DNA of 57,224 nt, filler included, from Sphacelaria rigidula (lineage: Eukaryota): NCBI GenBank assembly GCA_964200075.2. It is 6 parts of 6 records of this genome, joined end to end, with 100 filler letters (N's around TTAATTAATTAA, not from the genome) between each part and the next. Parts side by side here need not be neighbours in the genome. Positions count along the whole stretch, not along the records: positions 47,772 to 57,224 come from CAXNAA020008464.1; 5 more parts are not named here. The stretch is one strand, 5' to 3'. The translations under genes and the position numbers were made by a program. Every line of letters begins with the position of its first letter. Within the stretch, counting starts at the first letter, position 1. Positions 50,197-57,224 of this stretch are shown here, piece after piece. The notes beneath the pieces are model-generated. The model searched no databases and had not been told where the DNA came from. It saw only the letters and a program-made list of their open reading frames with translations.

Positions 50197-53130
50197 TACT
50201 CTAAACATGTATAACTGAACCGGCGACCGAGTCGGGGGTCCATGAAGTGCGAGATGAACTCAAATTTCCTGCCACGAGACCCGTGGGCGTTCGCGGAGGA
50301 CACAACCGTGGGTTGTGAACGCAGAGGCGTCGAAGGTTTGCCACGTATGGGGGGCGTTAGATTATCCTCTTGGTGTACAAAAGCAGACCGCATTGCATCT
50401 ACGGAGGCGTAAGGCACCTCGCGATGCGCCAAGACGCCCGGAAACAACGACGGCATCAGAGCCGGATACTGCTGAGCAATGCTACTGCGAACATATGTCT
50501 GGCATATTGCGTCGCTCGATCCGTTTTGCGTCCGACACCCGTAGTACCGGAGCCTAAAAGCTTAAAGTCACGAAGATAATCCGCGAAGGGGAAATCCGAT
50601 GCGACAGAAATAGAACTCAGCTCGCTTGGTCTATCCGGTCGAATTAACCTACGATACGCCTTTTCAAATCAGCGAGTAATGTTGGGTCATTCTTACCCTT
50701 GGCACGATTCGGATCCATCTCGGTGAGGATTCCGTCAATGATCTGTGTGAGAAAAGCAGCAGTGTCGGGAGAGCGGCGGCTGATGGATTAATGCAACGGT
50801 TTATGCAATGGGGTCTGCCAGCCCTCTACCCAAATGGGATCTTCAAAACGTTGGGCGCCGGTTACGTCCGTCAACTGAAGGATATTGCGAACGGTACGGC
50901 GAATAGATGTGATGAGAGCACAAGTAAACTGTCACGAGTCTTCGTTATCTGCAGCAACAGGTATGGTTTTAATATGCCAAAGCTTTTTCACATCCATCTT
51001 TATGTTTTGTCTCTGTATTGCAGTTACTCGAGTAGACTCGGCTTGAGCGGAAGCTGCTCTTTTACAAACTTCGGAACGTTCGTTGTCAGCCGCGGCGGTT
51101 GCTAAGGCCCGGGTTGCAGTGGAAGACAATGGGCGGTATGGTGTGTCCGTATCAGATAAACCCAAAATGCGACCCGAAATACTGGCCAACTTAGGTATCA
51201 CTTGCCTAGTTGTTGCCGAAGCCGAAGGGGGCAGGTCTATGCCAGACCGGTTTCAAGATTTCCCTGAAGATCCGGGAGAACTATCTCCGGTTTTCTTTTG
51301 GTTCGGACCGCGGCTACTGCGGCCCGAGCGGTCCGGTTCGGATCCGCCCGAGGGCGATCGTCCACCACCATGGCGGCGGCGTGAGCCTCCTCCATCGTTG
51401 TCGTCGCCGCCCCTCCTGTTACTTTTCGTGCCGCGGCAGTCGGCAGCCGTCGGAGTCTAATCTTCGTTATCAATATCTTCTTCGGCCATGTCGGCGTCCG
51501 GATCAGAGTGGTGGGCGTTGCGTAGTGCCGCAAAGAGGTCATGTACCGCCGCGACATACCGAGGTTGGTGGTCCGGCGCTGATGGTCATGTGTAGGACCA
51601 GTTGGCCCAAGGTGAGAGACGTCATGCCATCGTCGGAGAAGAGACCGTCCTGGTCCAAAAATAGACCGATAACCCGATGTACTAGGCTGGACAGCGATTT
51701 CTGGGCATCCTTGGAACCGCGCATGTGATTGGGGCTGTGGTATGGGCTGATGTACTCGGCAGCGGTACGGCTGAGCCACAAGAGTTCCCTGTGTGTGAGG
51801 GAAAGGGCTGTTTTGGGAGGTCCGGCGTCGGCGGCGGAGGTGGTAGTTGGGGGCGGGGGTGTTGGTTTCGCCTTGGTGGTGGCTGCGACCGCAGCGTAAG
51901 AGGATCGATCGGTCTTCCCTGGAATGTGGTATGAGATAAGAGCGGTTCTGGGCTGCGCCGTGATGTGGCTTGAAGGCGGGTAAGAAGAGCGACCACTTAA
52001 TAAGTTGACGGCGGACGGAGGGGAAGCCTGGGGGTTGGTGAGGCGGGCCACAGACGTGGCGGCGTCGTGGGCGGTCCATCGGACATGGTCTTCCCAGTCC
52101 TGGACTAGTTTCTGGGCTACCTTGGCGGCAACGCGCGCAAGACTTCGGTGAGAAGTGGAGGAGGGGCTGGACTCGTGTTCGTTGAAGCTCTCATGATAGA
52201 CGAACGGAGAATGCGGCGTTGCCGATCGGGGCGCCAAGCGTACAGGTGCGGGCTCATTTTGCACGTGAGCGGAGACTGATTGATTGTTGTTGCAACGCGG
52301 CGTGGCAGAAAGCCGGAAATGCCTCGATTAGAGCTGGGACTGGCGTGTCCGCTGGCGCCGAAGAAGGGCGAGGTAGATTCTGCAGGGCAGAATGCATGGC
52401 CGCGACCGCTGGTTCGAGGATGGACTGCGAAGTAGGGCGCATTGGACGGCTGGGAGTGGTACGATTGGGGTCCGTAGTGGAAGCAACCCGCGTGGCAGTA
52501 TCTCTTGCTCCGGAAGTGGTACGCTTCGTCAGGACTGAGTCGTCTCGAGATTTGTCAACTGTCGTTCGACGGGGTGCCATGGTTGAAGCAACCGCTACAG
52601 GACCATGCTGGACACGTGTGTCCAGGGGCAACGACTCAGCTGGGGGCACATTCCTCTCTCCGGATCCCGTGTCGGGATCCGAAAGAACAGGCAGCAGCGA
52701 TGAGGGTGCTACGGAATCTACTGTTATGGGTTCATTGACATGTCTGTCAGGAGACAATGACTCAGCCGATGACACAATCCTGTTCTTTGAGTCCGAATCG
52801 GTAGTGGAGAGAACAGGTCACGGCGTCAAATTTGTTACTTCAAGCCCCGAAAGACGAGCAGCGCTCGGAAGTTGGTCTTCAAATCTCGAAGATCGAGCAG
52901 CGCTCGTGTATGACCGCCGAGTAGTCGAACTTGAAGTGCTGCTTATATCAGGAAATTTCGTACGGCCAGTAGTTTGTCTCCGTGTCCGGCGAAGCGGTCG
53001 GTTTCCCAATTGAGGGAAAGTGTCGGTGCTGTTTCTGTACGACATGAAGGTAGTCGTACGCAACTGCTGGAAGATGTGTGCTTAGAAAAATAGGAGCAGT
53101 GCGTGTGTGGTCGTCGGTCTCGAATCAAGG

Positions 53131-53143
53131 GAGCGAAACACCA
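53131..53143 (-). promoter_or_regulatory. Candidate primer-binding site (possibly tRNA-Val)
   Basis: Minus strand reads ...CA TTTCT TGGTGTTTCGCTC, complementary to a tRNA 3' end ..GCGAAAC-A-CCA, upstream of the gag-like region. Confidence 0.4.
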
Positions 53144-53148
53144 AGAAA

Positions 53149-54500
53149 TGCTAGGTGCGACTGCCGAATCGCGTATCCAGGATTACGGGATAATGAAGCC
53201 TAATAGCGCCTGGAAGAACCTGCGAGAGTGGAAACTGATGAACTCGAGTATTACTGTTCAAGCTAGTTGCTGTGTGTGACAACAATGTCGGAGGTCTGTT
53301 TTCAACACAACTATCCTAGTTGTGGCGGTAATAGCTAGTAACGAGAGTGCGGGAACCGCGCCCGGAACAGACGCACGACGTCAAAAAATGCACAAATTCA
53401 ATCGATTCGTAAGGTGGCGTTGGTAACGGAAAAGTAGTACAAACTACACGTTTTTACGGAGGTGTCGGCGCCAGGTGTAGACCACGGCTGTATTGTCCCG
53501 GCTTAAGCTGAGAAAACTACTGACTGTACTCAGTATTTGTTTTTTCATGGGTGCCGTAGGATCGTGCGGCATAGGGCAGGACAAGAGTTTTCTGTTACGC
53601 ACCGCCGTGGCGACAATGTAGTTATATGAAAAAACGTTGAAGTTGTCGCAACAAGGGCAACGCGGAGGGCGTGTGCCGAGAAGAGTTACACACCAGAGGG
53701 CACTGGTTTCGAGTGCCGTGTGCTACAAGTGAGCAGGCAGCGTAGGTCTGGAAATTATCGATGCGGCGTGCCAAGTAAAGCGCAGTGATAAGAAATCACC
53801 ACAACTATCTGAAGTGTGAGACAGACAACCAGCAACTGAAAGGCCGAAATGTCAGAGGCGCGCACTGTCGCGAATGGAAAGTGTCTCGGAAGTTTTCAGC
53901 CGAGAGGGGTTCAGTGTAGAAAATCGTGTTTCGGCGTGTACGGCGCCACTCCAACAGATGTGCGAAGCACACTGGAAAGAAAAACTAGCTAGGAATTGAC
54001 ATCTATCGCGACGCAGCAAAGATGCCATGTTTGCGGTCACCTGATGGGGAGAAAGGGTTGTGTTACGAAGGAGCTCGTGAAAAATTGCAAGATACCGTGA
54101 ACAGTCAGTACCCAAGTGCGAAAACGGCAGGGGTGCTCGGCTGGCCAAAGGGCTACAGAGCAGAAACAGCAGCAGAGGGTGTAACAACGATGCACCCTGT
54201 GCGGTGTTTCCTGTAGCAATTTTGTAGGGGAAAGCTTCTCCCGTCAGAAAAGAACGAGCAACGAAGAAAGGTACTCGAGCCAGCGACGGCTGAGTGTGCG
54301 GCCGTGTCTGTACTGAGCGCCCAGGTATGAGTACTTTGGTGTACGTGCGGAAAAAGAAGCGCATACGTTTGGTGCAGGTACCAGTTCGCAAAAAAAGCAG
54401 CAGCAAAGTGGGGTGGACGCGTCTGGCGTCGGTTGACACAGCGTGGCGCAAGGCGTACAGTCAAACGCTGCAGCAGGTGTCGCAAGTCGTAAGCGAAAAT
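53149..54500 (-). repeat. Probable LTR sequence of the Gypsy element (outer boundary uncertain)
   Basis: Lies 5' of the candidate PBS and is non-coding. The reverse complement of 54290-54385 resembles 730-820, which precedes the other Gypsy copy. Confidence 0.4.
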
Positions 54501-57224
54501 TCACAGCGTAATACAGGGGAGGTTGCTTTACAGTAGAAAACCAACTGACTACTCTCTCAAGCGGTGAAAAAACTATACTATAAAAGAGTAGATTTGGCTA
54601 CTCAACAAGCGCAGGCTGGTAAGTAAAAAGCGTCGAGTGCAGACCGCGCGCACTTGATTCCACAGAGGGACAACCTGTTGTACGAGGGGAAACACAATCT
54701 CAAAAGAAGAGATTCCTTAGTCGAACGCCAATGTAATGGTGTTGTGTCTGGTGTACGGTAAGCACGCCTCACTAAGCAAGGTCTAGGGGGGCAGACAATA
54801 GGCTGGATAACCAAGCCGTAGGCAAACGCACCTAGCAGCGTACTCAACGCTGGGCACCACCTTTGTACTAATGTGTCCAAGGTGTCAGAATGTCGCGCGT
54901 AGGCAGATAATATCTCTTCTTGGTTACTTGATCCCAACCTACTCAGTATCCAACCTCTCGCGCTCAATCAGTCAGTCTCACCGTGATGTTAGACTTCCTT
55001 GCTTCGGATGGGGTGTAGTGCCAGAGTAGGGGCTACCGTTCACCTTACTCTCCCTGCTATGTACAAGTTCACACTCGTATCTGACCAACTTCAAACAGGT
55101 CTGCAGCCTTAAAAGAGTCTGCGATGAGATATACAGCCAGACTCATCGAGGGGTCTGAGGCGGCATAACAACAGGCTGTTATGCTCCTCATGACACTCCC
55201 GCGCTTGTGATCGTTTTCGCTAATTACAGTATGTTCGTGAGATCAGGAACGGGTCATAAGATAGGGAATGGACGTTTCACTCGAAACTTGGCATATGGCC
55301 GCCCATCCCTTGTAGTCAGGTAGGGGTGGGTCGACCACAACTTTCGTTCAAGACGTCGCCTTTTGTTATTGAAAGCTTGAGAACAGAAGGGGAGGGAGAT
55401 ATGATTTTGTTCCAATGGCAATTGGGATTAGCGGCGGTGCGAAACCAGGAGAGGAAGACGATGGCTTTTACTCTAGTGTTATCCTACACTAGAGGCCTCT
55501 GTGTGCTGCCACCATTCAGCATTGTGGCGTGGGGCACAAGGGCCAGGCTAGCAGAACATCTGTACAACCAGAAGAGCCCTAGACACGGGATCATTCCTAC
55601 TCCCTCCAACATGCTCAATGATCTGTAGAGGTCGGGATCTTCATATATAATTGTGTTATGCACAAACACTGCTGTACTGTACCGATGTATAGTGAGCGAA
55701 TATGCCAGGAGCTGTCCTGTGGTCCTTCACAGGGACAATCCAGGGCAGAAGGCATGGCGTGCGGTGGTCCAGATTGAAGTCATGCCTAGGCGACGGCTGA
55801 ATTCGCGAGTAGAAGGTCAGAGCATACTGGTCTCCAGTTGTTACCATAGGGTGCGCCTACATCCTAAACATTTTCTATATTCGAAAAGGGCTTCGATGTC
55901 TCGATCCGATTGTTCGGTGCAGAGCTTTCACAATAAGGCATTTGAATCTTCACTGTTCCGACGATTTCAATTATAAACGCATACAGCTTATCGATGTAGA
56001 ACGGACAAGACGTCGAACCTTTCCGATTTATTTGACGAACAGTCTACTCTGAAAGAACACGTTTCTCCTTGTGTTATTTCGGTCACCGGCGAACACAGCT
56101 GGTTCGGTTCCTACATCGACCGCCTAGACTAAAAAGTTCAACGATCTTTCTTTTTTAAACGACGACATTCATTGACCTGATTTCTCTGATGATAGCTATC
56201 ACTTCGGAAACCGAAAAACAGACCTGAAGAAAGGTGTTTATCATGGATTGAATGGAAATCACTACTTCCCGAGGTCAGTACGGCACAGCACTGCACAACA
56301 CGGGACAAGACAGCACAGCACAGTACAACGAAAGTGCAGAACACAGGACACTCCAAGTGCACATAACAGTCGATCCTAATTTTTGGGGTTGAACTATAAA
56401 ATGATGTTCAACCCGCAAATCGCTTCCGCTGGGAAAATACCAAACAGTAGCACAAAAGGAAGGTATTTTCCCCCAAAATTCCGCAGGAGGAGTTGGGCAG
56501 TTCGGGCTAGGTGCACCCAACGAAATGCGGTGTACACGCGTGTCGATGGCGATATCATCAGAGAGAGAAGCAACGACAGAGAGGAAGCTCCTCGCCCGTA
56601 TCCTTTGTGTGTCCTCGCTCGGCGATTACCAAACGCTCGAGAGACTGGCATCATGCATGTTACCAGCATGTACCCAATTTTCCATGTTGTGCCTGAAGAC
56701 CGACCTGCGGAGAGATCTCGTCTCTTCGTCTTGCCTGAGCACCTCATCATCGATGCGAAGATCAATTTCTCTCTGGCTCTCTTTTTGGACAGCACGCGCC
56801 TCTGTGCGCTGAGGAACATGTCCTTGAAAATAGGACAATATAGCCGTCACCGCTACTACTGTTCTCTGTCACACACATGCCCGCAAGGACGATGCTGCGG
56901 CAAAACCAGATAGATCCAATATGAACTTAGGGAGTGTTATTCATCGTTGATTGTCCACCACCCCCAACCGGGCGCTTGACCACACGTGAGTTGGGTGGAG
57001 TGCACGAGAGATCAAACACTTGTGAAGACCTCCTTGACATCCAGAGTGAAAAACGATACCTATGGTGGTGACCTAACTGTTGCTAGCATCGTGCAGAGGG
57101 GTGCGTCAGCTGCGATCTGGAGCTTCCGTTGATGTACTCTACTGACTGCCTCCCGTCTACAGACGTCTGCCTATAGAGGTCACACTCGGTAATAATATCA
57201 CATGTTATTATGAACCCAAATTCG

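Larger units (their letters stand above)
47832..53143 (-). mobile_element. Decayed Ty3/Gypsy element, 5' half (gag-like region), same family as 855-5000
   Basis: CCHC knuckle CINCSVQGHSMWDC in 49034-49252. Long fragmented minus-strand ORFs in 50200-52775. Strong homology of 47832-48508 to 855-2020. Confidence 0.8.

Overview
Eukaryotic, repeat-rich DNA, most likely from a brown alga (Phaeophyceae). This is inferred from an EsV-1-7 repeat gene, the ankyrin-repeat style and the intron-rich genes. The window is not contiguous: it is six contigs of 9455, 9455, 9454, 9454, 9453 and 9453 bp joined by 100-bp N44-TTAATTAATTAA-N44 spacers, so nothing should be linked across the gaps. Host genes are a single-exon EsV-1-7 repeat protein (minus strand, 11830-13458), a 3'-incomplete NTAQ1 (three exons, 34130-35840) and a multi-exon ankyrin-repeat gene (about 40520-46678). 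Most of the rest is transposon debris: two copies of one decayed Ty3/Gypsy family, an RTE-type LINE 3' fragment, a non-autonomous hAT with internal tandem arrays, a Tc1/mariner-like element and several MITEs. The most unusual signal is a small non-coding insertion element (1074-1545, with a distant relative at 32754-32984). Each end is an 88-bp palindrome with TGT..ACA-type termini and an AGCGCT centre, overlapping a tRNA-like RNA polymerase III promoter.
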